Assembly (NCBI RefSeq): GCF_023055435.1
Contig: NW_025963791.1
Span: 36,952,001-37,016,000 of the forward strand
Length of the DNA: 64,000 nucleotides
Source: Haliotis rufescens
Lineage: Eukaryota
Reading direction: 5' to 3'
The number at the start of each line of letters is the position of its first letter. The stretch's first letter is position 1. Below, one piece after another: positions 1 through 12,690 of the stretch. The translations under genes were made by a program, and so were the position numbers. The notes below the pieces were generated by a model. The model was given only the letters and a program-made list of their open reading frames with translations. It made no database searches and was not told the DNA's origin.

Positions 1-313
1 TTGACTTCTTGTGATTAGTACTGCACTTATTACCAAGTGCCGTGGCAAGGTTATTTGGTGATGTCATGTTGCATGCGCTGGATGCAGTGAACTGAATGGC
101 TGGCTGTGGCTGTATTGACTTGTTTGGTGGGTGTTGTGACAACACACTTGATGTGAACATGCCAGGCAGGCAGCTTCCGCCCCTCCCAACCTGCCCTATT
201 GATTATCTCACTGCTCCAACTGTCACTTTCTGCATATACAGATACATCAAACAGTCACAGTCACAGGAGATGTAATAACTGGTTTACTGGATATTGTATC
301 ATTTCTAATCCTG

Positions 314-451
314 NNNNNNNNNNNNNNNNNNNNNNNNNNNNNNNNNNNNNNNNNNNNNNNNNNNNNNNNNNNNNNNNNNNNNNNNNNNNNNNNNNNNNNN
401 NNNNNNNNNNNNNNNNNNNNNNNNNNNNNNNNNNNNNNNNNNNNNNNNNNN
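314..451. other. Assembly gap (run of N)
   Basis: Continuous n characters; ORFs spanning it are artefacts. Confidence 0.99.
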
Positions 452-2996
452 GCAATAATCTTAGACGCGACGTTAAACCCCATTTCACCTCACCTCACCC
501 ATATGCTCTACGTCTTTAACTTTGTGACCATCTCATAATGTTGAGTGATAACTGCCATCTGAAAGTGAAATATCTCAAGATACTTTTGTTTTCTTAAGTA
601 CAGGATTATAGAGGTCCAGCCTGAGCCAAAAACATGTTGATGCTCCTTGCCCAAACATGGCTCTGCATAATTTTCTGAAGAAAATGTTATATTTTAAAAA
701 TTATTATTCATGTTATTAGCTGAGCTAACAGAATTTTACTAGACTCGGACTTCGGACAAGTGACATAAGTCACAGGCAGGATGTTTGTATATGTATATAT
801 ACACACAAGCTGGTATATGTATATATACACAAGACAGGGCAAATGTAAAAGGGTGATCAGATGAAGTCATGTGACTTGACAGGGCTCATAGAAGGACTGT
901 TCAGGCCTTAAGAGTGTTTCTAGGAGACGCCTGGCTGCTTATGTTCTTTTGCTGGTGGCAACGGCTGAGCCCAATCTACATTTAAGGAGAATATTACCTA
1001 AACTCACAAAGAAACAAATTATGAATGAGATGAACCAATGGCCATTAGGCTATATACCGGTACTCACGTTCTCACGAGCATGTATAAGTATTATTCTGCT
1101 CTTTGACGCATGTTATTTTATTGGGCATAAGACAAGTTCTGAAGATCCAAATCCCAACAGACCTTATTGGTAGAAAGCAGTCTACTTGTTACTTAAAATA
1201 ATTGTAAAGTGGTTGCCAAAACAACTGCCAAAATTGTTACCAAATATAGACCTGTTTGTATACATGTCCCTATATTTCTACTTCCTTTACTGCAGTAATG
1301 GTGAAGAATAATCTGTTTCCATGAACTGTTTCTGTAAATGAGACTTGGATCAGGAGTAGACATGGCCACTAATCCGTTAGTCCAAGACTACTACTCTCCC
1401 AATATCTAGTTATTTTACATAACTAACCCGAAATGAGCTGCAGACTTATTGGATATGACCACAGATGTCTACCCCTGTGGAATATGATCAGCGGTTTAAC
1501 TAAGCGTATATAACTTGATCTGCAAGTGTTCAATCAATTATCAAAACAGGAGGGTTTATTATTTCCTGAGTAATATTTTGATCAGTTGATGATGAGGTGC
1601 TTTACAGCCTGGCTTTTCTGATTATTCCAACATATGATAGTATTTATTTGTGATTCAGTTTTCTTAGGAACCAATAAAAGAAGATTTAGAATATCACACA
1701 ACAATGCAAGATTTGTATGACCTTATCCTGAGGTGAAGGTGCATGTGGTGGTTTGTTTATTCTCACAAGTTTCGGGTTGCGCTGTTATTGTTGTTACAAC
1801 AGGATAGAACAATTATTGTCTCATACAAGGTATTGACTTGTTGTGTCATAAACTGCCCATGTTGTTGTGTTGTTAGTGTAAAGTGGTTATGTGTTATCTG
1901 AACACAATAGAATCTGGATTGGATGTGCATCATTGGTGCTTCTTGTGGTGTGTGTTATAGTTTGTTTATAGCTACCCCGGGTAGTACGATATTGTATAGC
2001 ACTCCGCCTCTATCTCTCCGTCTTCATTGGCTCATCTTCCCTTCGACCAACAATGGGGGCGCTACAATACAGCATTGTTTGAGGCTAGCTGCCACATACC
2101 TTAGCAATTATTTCTTCAGTCTATCACATTACCATCTGTCCTCGTCCCTTTATGCCTGGGTTCTGGAACAGTGGAGGTGTCTCCAGTTCCTGTGTTTGTG
2201 TGGAACTCTATCGGGACAGTTTTGGCAGTGGTAATCATTGGGCATCAGTTTTGGGCTGGCGTCCAGTTCATGGCCCTGTCGTGTGTTCTGTTGTCTGTAC
2301 CAATGTTTCTCGCCTGAACTAGTCTTTGGGGCCCAAATCCACCAAGTGGTGTAGTTTCCATTCTTTACGACAGAAATACCACACTCTTCTCCAGAGCTTC
2401 ATGTCTGCAGCGTAAGAGAGCTAGCTATCCATATGATAAAATATCCATGGAATATTAACTAAACAGAATTCATATTTTATGGAATATTTTGGCACTTGGT
2501 TGAAAGTTGGTAAAGATTTGCAAACTAAATAGTGTAGGCTTGTCCAGCTTGTGTAGGCTTGTCCAGTTTGGGGACTCTCTTGCCGTGTTTTGACAGTATT
2601 TCACAGTGGACTTTCGTATGAAAACTTCTAATAACTTGACACATTTGAGAGTCCAGTTTCTTAACTGTTGGTGAGTTATTGTCAGTTTGATATTTTGTCA
2701 ATCGTAACTGACATAGGCTTTAGTGTGGTTTCTTTACAATATATACTGTGTGTTATCTTTGATGCAGCTCTTTCCCTTTGGTGATTTGGGGTAGTTGCCT
2801 AAATGCTTATTTCTTTACTAATGCATGAAAACATCATTCCTTCATCTTACCTCATTCAGAGCATTAGGGGCAGGGGGGTAGCCTAGTGGTTAAAGCATTC
2901 GCTCATCATGCGGAAGGCCCAGTTCGATTCCCCACATTGGTACAATGTGTGAAGCCCTTCTGTGGCAGTGATGCCCTGGATCATTGTGAGTTTTAG

Positions 2997-3124
2997 TATA
3001 GGATAAAACACGTCCGAGGGTTGTTATGATATTTAAAACCCGCATCCCGAGGGATTAAATTTTCCAAGGGACAGGGTTTTAAATATCATAACAACCCGAG
3101 GGGAAGTGTTTTATCTTACATATA
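2997..3124. repeat. Palindromic (foldback) element end
   Basis: Perfect 24-bp arms at 3018-3041 and 3074-3097 plus outer GATAAAACAC/GTGTTTTATC; recurring CCGAGGG. Confidence 0.85.
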
Positions 3125-3599
3125 AACCGATTTTGAACCTTTAAACAACATTTATCAACATTTTTATGTTTCGAACATTCTTTCCATGAACCTTAGGAAA
3201 CGGGCGTAAAATATCTGTTGCTGGCGTACAGATCTTGAAAAGGGCATTCTAAAAAGCAGTGCGGCTTATCAACACCTATGTAGCCTTGTGGTACACTCAC
3301 TGGGCTACAGATATGAAGGTTGCTAGTTCGATCCTCGGGAATATAAAGAAAACATTTGTCATTTGATTTTACATTTCATTACATGTGACAATCTGAACGG
3401 AAGTTATATTAATAAAATACCCAGGACATTATATAAAATCTCTGGGATATTATAACACATTGTATAGAAAATATGACTTGAATATCCTATAAAATCCAAG
3501 GGGTATTATATAAAATCCTTGGGACATTACAAGGTCCCTGTTTATGAGATTTAACCTGACTGGAGAACAATAGGATGACGTCACCGGAGGTTTATAATT

Positions 3600-3895
3600 G
3601 GACTATACGATACACGATACATTTTTTTCTGTAGCGATAAAAGATGATACATTTTCTAAAATAAATTTCTTACTACTCGTTAAATGACACCCACCCCCAT
3701 CCCAGGGCTTTGTCTGTCAATTATTACAAAACGTGTTGTAATTAAAAACTACTAAAAAGAGCCACAGCCACATATGTCTACAGCTAAATTTTTTCCCTTG
3801 GAACCTGCTATGAACTTGATGTAAATATGCGTATCGCGATACGTATCGCATCGTAACCTATGTATGATGTGACCTTGCTGTATCATTTCACCCTA
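3600..3895. mobile_element. hAT element right portion (CGATAC family) within the split SINE
   Basis: CGATAC/GTATCG repeats ending TTTCACCCTA, like 41194 and 59416; left end not found. Confidence 0.65.
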
Positions 3896-4896
3896 CCCTT
3901 TTCTGCTGTTCCCTGCCGTGATGTTGCTGGAATAAAGCTAAAAATGGCTAAGACAAACTCACCCCCCACTCATTAAAAACATTATCATCTATTTGGGTTT
4001 AGTTGGTTTCCCACAACAAAACAACCCTGAAAAATAATAAAATGACTTTTGAAAATACCAGTATTTTTTTCCGCTGACTGTTTTAATATTAGGTGTAATA
4101 ACATAACACACAAGATTTTATCATCGCTGTTCAGTGTTTGTAAGAAATGGTGACAAAAATGTATAATAAAACATTTCTTACCAAAATCCCCATCAATTAT
4201 CTTTGGTGTCTTTTCGCAATCATATATTTGTGATGACCTACAAGTTTGATTTTCATTTCATTGGTTGCAGTACTAATCATGAAGTTGAAAATTTATATTT
4301 ATTTATTTTGGAGCATCTACATTGAATTTCGGGCCAAATATTTCTTAAAAAATAGAGGTTTTTTTATTTGCTAACTGGGCAAAGAAGTGCTTTTTCTGCC
4401 TTTGAATGGCAGTGTCATACAAAAGTTTCATCATGTTAGTGTAAGCCGAAACAAAACATGGATTCCTCCTCCCTTGGGCGATGACATCATCATCAATTAT
4501 CAATCACACTAATTGGCGCCATGTCTAAAAATAGATAACCCCAATTGTATCATGAGCTTGCTGTCAAGTAACAGTTGGGTATGTTTTGGGGTTACCATGG
4601 TTACATAGGCATGTTTCAACATGTATATTTTAAAGAATATGACTACCGGTATTAACCCTCTTTTCTCAGGTTTTCACAATGATTTGCAGATATGCACTGT
4701 AGGAAGTGATCATCAGACAGGGGCTTTCCAAGAAAAATGAATTCAATTGACCATCCCAATATTAGTAATGTTATTCTTAATTGGATAGCACCATACAGGT
4801 GGTATGACAGGCATATTCATTACATTATATTGAATAGCATGACTGTGGAAATCTTAAAGTTGGTGCATACTGTGTCCTGATCTCAATAACTCTGCA

Positions 4897-5176
4897 GGGG
4901 GCACGGGTGGCCCAGTCGTCTAAGGCACTGCGATTCGCTGTGCAGAGTTGCGTCCCTTGGGCACGCCAGAAACCTATGATTATGGGTTCGAATCCTGGTT
5001 CGCCCTGATTATGTTTCTAGGTTTGTCAGCACCATACCTGTGCTCGTGGGTTTCACCGAAGTGGTAAACGTCTGAGACCTGCATCACTTCGGACTTTCCT
5101 CCCACATTAACTTGATATGCCGCGATATAACTGGAATACTGTTAAAAGCGGCGTTAAACCAAACTCACTCACTCAT
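4897..5176 (+). mobile_element. SINE family A (tRNA-derived head, V-domain-like body, (ACTC)n tail)
   Basis: A box TGGCCCAGTCGTCTAAGG, B box GGTTCGAATCC; TSD TAACTCTGCA at 4887-4896 and 5177-5186; six copies in the window. Confidence 0.93.
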
Positions 5177-5208
5177 TAACTCTGCAACGCATGTTTTTCC
5201 TCTCCTAG

Positions 5209-5375
5209 CAGGGGCGGTTGGGTAGCCTTGTGGTTAAGGCGTTCGCTCGTCACGCCGAAGACCCGGGTTCAATTCCTGACATGGGTACAATGTATGAAGC
5301 CCATTTATGGTGTCCCCCTCCGTGGTATTGCTGGAATATTGCTAAAAGCGGCGTAAAACCATAGTTACTAACTCA
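5209..5375 (+). mobile_element. SINE family B (short tRNA-derived SINE, ~165 bp)
   Basis: A box TAGCCTTGTGG, B box GGTTCAATTCC; TSD CTCTCCTAG; tail shared with family A. Confidence 0.92.
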
Positions 5376-7179
5376 CTCTCCTAGGATGATGGATAATTAT
5401 CACATTTGATATTTTGTTAATACTGACAGAGACTTACTTTGTTTACTATAGCAATTGCTTTGCCTGTCCAGTGTGGTGCTATCAAAAGTTTTCAAGAATC
5501 CTGGTTCATAATTAATACAGCAATTTAACTGACTGACTAGGTACATGTAGAAGTTACCCATGGTTGCAATGAAAAACATGCCAGCAAAATATTCTGAAGT
5601 TGTATTTATAAGTAACCAAGGTTACCGTGGTGTTGATTGTAACCTGCAATTAATGAGTACACTCATCATCTTAAATACAATCATCTTACCATGCTTAAAG
5701 CATGTAGAGAAATGAGTTTTTTTATTTTCGGTTTAATTCCTGTGTATGTTGCAAAAGTTATGCTTTTTTACCAAATAGTAACAATAATACACAGGAGGTA
5801 TTAATCATTATTAAATCTAAGGGACTCTTGAAGTACACTCAGTGTTGGACCAAGAAGGAACGTTAATGATTAATTCCTGACTTTATATGAACCCTAATGA
5901 ATAAGGGAGCCATGCTCGTATTTACTGCTTGGAAACAGTATGATTCAGCTCTTCATGTTCTGGTAGCAGTAAATCACAATGAAAGCTTTGGGGCCACTTC
6001 TGCTAGCCTGTTCCATTTTGATCATTCTCCAAGTTGTAAATTTAACAATATTTTTTGTCAGGCGGTTTATGACTTCAAAGAGTGAACTCTTAGAGTTATT
6101 TCATTGAAGAAAGATGTGCTGATGAAATCCTGTTTTAAGTTATTTTATGTGCATGCATTAACAACATCATTTCATGGAAATTAACTAGAAGTAAAAGAAT
6201 TCACCAAAACATCCATGGATGCAGAATGGGGAACGTTGTTCAAGCAGATGCAATATTTGCTAAGGTTTTTAACTGTTGAAGAGCAGCTTGAACAGAAAGA
6301 CGTGTGTGAAGGGAGACCACTCTTCCACTCTTTGTTGGAAAGATATCAGTCAAGGGTTTAATCAGGTCCTAATGGACAAGGGGAAGTTACAGAATTTATT
6401 CTTGAAGGTCAATAGTTAGCCTTTTCTGGTAATCTGGTAGGGAATCCTTTATAGAACACTTTCTTTGCATATATTGTAAGTCTTGAACAAGTCTAGAACA
6501 GTCTAGACAAATGTGATTTTTTTTTTTAAATTATCAAATTCAATCACTTTTTGAGAGTTTACGTTAAGAGTAAGAGATGTTTATGATCAATCATAGATTT
6601 ATGAGTTGAGTAATATTGGATGAATTCGAAAGAGATTCCGACCAAGGGATAAATGATCATTTCCTTAGTATAATGGTGTAGTGTTGGTAGCTGACATGTA
6701 TTGACAGGAGTAGATACGCCAGTTATTTCATTATTATTTTTGTGCTAAGGTCATTGTTTGTGTTAATTCGAAGATATGTTGAAAGGGAATGTTTTCATTG
6801 CAAGAAATAAATTTATGGTGGACAATGAAACATCTTGAAATATATCTGTTTGCAAGAACACAGACTCACAGAACATTACAATATAGTGAGTTACAAGATA
6901 TGTGAAAACAGTATGTATATTTAGATATGTGGTGATTATGTCAGTGTAGTTATATCTCCAATGTTATAGTTATACCACTGCAGCCACAGAGGGTCAGATG
7001 GTGTGTAGTTATTCGTCTAGGGTAAGAGCAGTACAAGCTGAAAAAAATAAAATCAAGTAAAATCATTCCTTTTGCTCATGTGTGAGGAAAAAAAGTTTAA
7101 AAAATATTTATTCAGAATTTTTTATGAAAAGCAAGTAATTTCTATAGCTAAAAAATAAATTAAAAAAATAGAAAGTTAG

Positions 7180-7270
7180 CAGGATTTTACCATGACTTAC
7201 AAAAGTGGGGGTCCACGGGACCGCCAATAATTAATTTAAAGGGTCCTTGCAGGCAATATGAGGGGCCTGT
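7180..7270 (+). repeat. Dispersed repeat, probably a DNA-transposon left end; second copy at ~9872-9960
   Basis: CAGG...GACTT(A/T)..AAAAGTGGGGTCCA.GGGACC.CCAATAATTAATTT.AAGGGTCCTTGCAGGCAAT is shared. Confidence 0.75.
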
Positions 7271-9361
7271 ATGGTTATGATACCGGGGATGAGGTTTTAC
7301 TTGGAAAAGTGAAACCTCCCAGGAGGTTATTACGAGATAGGAAAATACCTACAATACAACAGTCAAAAGCGGTAATAATAGGCTTATAACATGTGGCAAA
7401 CCTACCCCCTACCTGCCCACCCTGGGTATTATACATGTGAGAATTACAGGTCATCTGTTTAACAAGTAAATATGTGTGATCCTTTAGTAAACATTTTTCA
7501 TTGGATTTATCTTATGTTGTTTGGAACTTAACCGGACGAGTGACAAGTTTATTAAAATTCTTCCGTTAAACACTGTGTGACCGCAGATAGTAAATTTTGC
7601 ACCTTTTAATACCTTGCCCTTAAACTGAATTCTGCTTTTTCATCTATTTGGTGGGAGATGAGTCATGACTCTGCATGTGATAAAATGTCTTTGATATTAA
7701 ACCGGGATGGATTGACAGACAAAGAGAGTTTACCTCCTAGGTTGTCAGGTCCAATGGTGGGTGGGGCACAGGTGTTGGAGAACAATAGTGCTGTAACCCT
7801 TTGACAAGATCTCTGCTTGAGAATCCTTTCATTTAGTTCTTTGAAGGTGTAATGTGGGCTGTTTGTTAATGTATTATGCAGAGTGCAAGCAATATGTTGA
7901 TCCTTGCTAAAAAACTGTTTCATTAATTTGTTGATCGGAGTTCAAGATTTATGATAAAAGAGAAAGGGTCCTCGCATGTCATGCCCCTAAATTTAAAAAT
8001 GAAAGATTTAGGGGGTTCCTAGGTTCAAATGCAACAGCAGAATATCTCGAGGAGCCTAGCAGCCCATTACTGTCCCACACTGACATATATTTTACTGTTT
8101 TTTTACTGCTTTACGGTGCATTTCTTATGATTGTTATTGTTTCTCAAAATTCACTGTTTTCTATTTTTTGACTTAGCTGCTTTTTTTTTATATAATTTCT
8201 ATGACAGTTTACATTATGTGTTCAATCTGTTTTTGTTTTATAAAAATACTGTTTATGATCATTAGAGTCAGGAGGATTTTTAATAATTAATGCTGATATC
8301 AACCTGGTTTATAAATTGAAACTCAAGAGAGATGTACACAATGCTGTGCTGATACTGCCAGTATTTTGTACAATACTATCTATTTGTGGAATCAGAAAAG
8401 GTCATGCACAGCATGGAAATTGATTGTCTGTGTTTGGGTTTGTTTATATTTGTAACCATAGCAACATAAATCTTGAATTGGGTGGTACTTGTACAGAATG
8501 AAATGGGCAGTCTCAATCAATGTGCTGCAATTATCATCACTGGTGACATTTACGTATTTTATTTCTTCCCAGTTCTCTGCTTGTTGTTTGATCTGTATGC
8601 ACATGGAAACGTGTATTGTCGGAAAAATGGGTCATGTTTTTATAGGTGATGGATAAATGGATTCTTAGGATCCACTACTAATATCCATTAACAAAATAGT
8701 GTTTATGGTGAGGATAATAGATAGGTCCTCTCTGTGGGTATTTTTCATCTTTTGAAATAAAGAGTAAGGTAAATAAAATGAAATCAACTGTCTCTCAAGT
8801 GCCTGTCATGTATTCAATATTTGATGTGCTGCTTTCAATGCAAAATCGTGGCCCGTGTCTCCATTCCTTATGAACACTCCGGGGATTCACGCTTGGCTTG
8901 TAGTGTGTCAGATGAAACTCAAAGGAAACAATGGCTTTTGATTTATTATGACAGCTTACATCACTTTGTAGATAGGTCAGCGCCTATTGTGTACTCTGAT
9001 CCCACATCTATTTGATCAAATGTTTGAAAAACAGATGGAAAAAATAAAACAAAAATTAGGTTTGACTACCTTTCTTTGCAATTTTTGAGGTAAAGATAAC
9101 GATAATGTTGTAAGGATCCTCTGCATGTTCAAGCGTTGTATTTGTAGAGCTTGGACAAATAGAAAGGGATTCTGACCGGCAGAATGAACACTGTTCTTGT
9201 TGCAATCTGCGCCCAATACTTTGATACAGCACAGAATTGTATAATTCCTTTGAATACCTTACCTCCTTTACATCATAGCCATAATTTCTGTTGTATTTTC
9301 AGAAGATATAAGACTTAGTATATGGGATTGATGTTACTGGACCAAAGACATCTTACTTGAG

Positions 9362-9641
9362 GGGGGCACGGGTGGCCCAGTCGTCTAAGGCGCCACGATT
9401 TGCTGTGCAGAGTTGCGTCCCTTGGGCACGCCAGAAACCTATGATTGTGGGTTCGAATCCCTGTTCGCCACAATTATGTTTCTAGGTTTGTCAGAACCAT
9501 ACCCTTGCTGGTGGGTTTCACCGAAGTGGTAAATGTCTGAGACCTGCATCCCTTTGGGCTTACCTCACACATTAAGCTGACACGCCGCAATATAACTGGA
9601 ATACTGTTAAAAGCGGCGTTAAACCCAGCTCACTCACTCAC
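9362..9641 (+). mobile_element. SINE family A copy
   Basis: Near-identical to 4897-5176; TSD TCTTAC(T/G)TGAG. Confidence 0.93.
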
Positions 9642-10216
9642 TCTTACGTGAGACTAGTGGCTAAATTCACAGTCTGTTGTAGTGTTGCAGCTAGTGCTTG
9701 ATGATGTCACCACTGTGACAGGCTGTGATACACTCACTCACTCTGGAGCAGTAAGTAAAACATATTGATAAGTAAACTGCTCCTTTGTTGCCCATATTAA
9801 TTTTCCAATTCCCTCCTAAACCCCTTACTGATACTACCACATACCAAGGCTGTACCTAGAACTGTACACTCAGGTTTTTACATTGACTTTAAAAAGTGGG
9901 GTCCAGGGACCCCCAATAATTAATTTTAAGGGTCCTTGCAGGCAATGTGACGGTCCTGTAAAGTAATGAAATGGTGTAGTGTACTGTACGTTTTAATAAT
10001 TATTTTAGAGCGCGGAATGAATCAATGATCATGTGGACAGTGGTCATGCTTGAAGGATGAAGTGACAGACACCCATTACTGCTCTTGATGTGCTGTAGGT
10101 ACAAAGAATATTATTGTGTGTCCCTCGGGATGCAGTATGTTCTTTTTCTCTGTCCAATCTCAACATTTGTGCGTCATGTAAAATCCGAGTACACCCTCCA
10201 CTGTTTTTCATACATA

Positions 10217-10559
10217 CCGTATTCGACGTAATAAGCGCCCAGGGCGCTCTCAAAATTAGAAATAGGGGGCTCTTATTAGAATATTATTTTGGTGAAAAAA
10301 ACAGAGTTAAAGGATAAATTTCGTGGTTTATGCTGACAGCCTGAAATGTTTATATACGACAGATATATTTTTCCAGAATTTAATTGCCCATAATTAAGGT
10401 GCACGTAAGACACGAGTGCGTATTATACGCGAATAAATAAGTTTTGTGTACATTGATCAATCGGAAGGGGTGCTAATTGGGATTGTTCACTAGCCAATTT
10501 GTTAGCAAATATCGCCGTGGGCGCTTATTAGAACGGGGCGCTTATTACGTGGAATACGG
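10217..10559. mobile_element. Tc1/mariner-pogo-type MITE
   Basis: TIR CCGTATTCGACGTAATAAGCGCCC / GGGCGCTTATTACGTGGAATACGG; TA on both flanks. Confidence 0.92.
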
Positions 10560-11124
10560 TAGCTTCTAAACGACTTTGTTACATGTCACATTATTTCTTT
10601 AAAAAATAATATTACATCTTTATGTAATTATTGTATTATGTAAATATATTACATCTGTGATGGTTTTATTCAATTATGACAAATGGTTTTGGAGTTATGT
10701 TACAGTTTATCGATTGCTTTTTGCTGCAGTAGCTCTGTAGGTTAATCAAGTTGTAGTCTTTGTATGTAGGGCAACCTGCGCTGTCTGTGTGACCAAGGTG
10801 ATGCTCTTGGGACTACCACACTGCACATCACTGCACATTTTGTATACTGTTATCTTAAATTCAGATGCTGACCTAATTAAGTATCTAATGACAAGGTAGT
10901 ATGCATGGTCGACTTTTTTTTACGATTATTACAATGTCTTGTCTGATGAAGCAAGAGATGGATAATGGTGTTAGAATCTCCATAGAAACGCAAACACAAA
11001 TGGAATGAAATAGTTGATCATCCATACCGTCTTATCATTGGTTACATAGGTTCAAGTGAATAATGCCACTGAAACATGTGTGACCCTAATGTTTTTCCGT
11101 GTCAAAGTTAATCATTACGCTTCT

Positions 11125-11286
11125 GGGGCGGTTGGGTAGCCTAGTGGTTAAAGCATTTGCTCGTCAGGCCGAAGACCCGGGTTCGATTCCCGACATGGGT
11201 ACAATGTGTGAAGCCCATTTCTGGTGTCCCCCGCTGTGATATTGTGGAATATTGCTAAAAGCGGTGTAAAACCATATTCACTTCAT
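11125..11286 (+). mobile_element. SINE family B copy
   Basis: TSD ATTAC(G/A)CTTCT. Confidence 0.92.
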
Positions 11287-11452
11287 ATTACACTTCTCCA
11301 AAGTAGGTGATCATTTGAGTGCCATTCTAAATGGAACATACATGTACCATATCACATTCATAACAAATCTAATGAATCCTGTGCAGAATTATAGTCAAAT
11401 ATATAAAGATCTTGGAAGTTAATGGGTGAAATAATTAATCGACTAGATTACG

Positions 11453-11728
11453 AGATTGAACTATCTACTCGTATACTAGATTGAACTATCTACTCGTATA
11501 CTAGATTGAACTATCTACCTGTATAGATTGCACTATCTACTCGTATACTAGATTGAACTATCTACCCGTATAGATTGAACTATCTACTCGTATACTAGAT
11601 TGAACTATCTACCCGTATCGATTGAACTATCTACTCGTACACTAGATTGAACTATCTACTCGTACACTAGATTGAACTATCTACTCGTATACTAGATTGA
11701 ACTATCTACTCGTACACTAGATTGAACT
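11453..11728 (+). repeat. Minisatellite, 22-25-bp unit AGATTGAACTATCTACTCGTATACT
   Basis: About 11-12 tandem copies. Confidence 0.97.
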
Positions 11729-12690
11729 AATAAACCATTTGGTTATGTTAACAACTTTAATTTGTAAGTTATCACATCAGCTTCTTATGAGAATATTGAG
11801 TTTTCTCAATTTACAGTTAAGTTTGCACAATATTAATTTATAGAAAATAAAAGTACAATACCCAGCATCAGTCATTACCACATTAATCATTGATCTCAGA
11901 ATAAGTTGTGCTGTATGTAGCAGTCTGGTTAATACCAAAGGGCACACAATGGCGAATATGTCACAATTTGTATAATGTACAGATTTCTGAAGTGTTTTGG
12001 TTTTATATAAAAGAAGTAAAAAAATATGCTTAAAGCAAAATGAACTTTGAACTTATTAAATAACACCCAAAATGAGACACAGAATCAACATGAAAAAGAT
12101 GTGTTTTTATGATTTAATTATATCCTGTTGATAGTGTTGAAACAGAAGTGAAAATGTTTTCATAACAAGAGATTAGTATGTCTTATTCGGTGAAAACATT
12201 TTGCCATTTTCTGAACAATGACCTGATTATGAGAGATGTGCACTGGAGATGCGTCATTAAGACATGTACAGAAATTGGGCTGACTAGTAGTTGCTTCCAA
12301 ACTGCTAAATGATGTACCTTGATGTAGTCATACATTACACCTGGTTGAATTATTTATGCGGCTATTAAAGCCTATGAAATACAATGAAAGTCTTTTCCTT
12401 CATTTATTTTTAAGTCTTATTTTCTCTTGAGGTCAAATGGCCAAATGGAGTATGATCGTGACTAGTCCATTTCACCACTTGGGTAACAAGCATTGGATGG
12501 TTGGAGAATTCAGTCATGGCTTTTGTAATGTTGGGGTAGCTGACTCATGGGCTGAGACCATGAGAATTGGGTGTAAGGAGTGTAGGATTGTGTGTAAACT
12601 AAGCCGAACAGTGTGGAAGGTTGCTCATGCTGTCAACCACTGGTTATTTACAAACCTGTACTGTTGTTGACAATGATCATTCTCTGACCA

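Larger units (their letters stand above)
2868..3972 (+). mobile_element. SINE family B copy split by a ~930-bp nested insertion (halves ~2868-2962 and ~3896-3972)
   Basis: 5' half GGGTAGCCTAGTGGTTAAAGC...GAAGCCCTTCTG resumes as TTCTGCTGTTCCCTGCCGTGATGTTGCTGGAATA... after 3896. Confidence 0.8.

Noticed and set aside
199-519. ORFs spanning the N run
   Set aside because: They are artefacts of the assembly gap.
1950-2400. GC-richer segment resembling a solo LTR
   Set aside because: No clear TG...CA pair with a TSD and no second copy in the window.
4897-5010. tRNA gene candidates in SINE heads (also 5211, 11125, 42560, 54953)
   Set aside because: No complete cloverleaf, and each is followed by a SINE body, tail and TSD.
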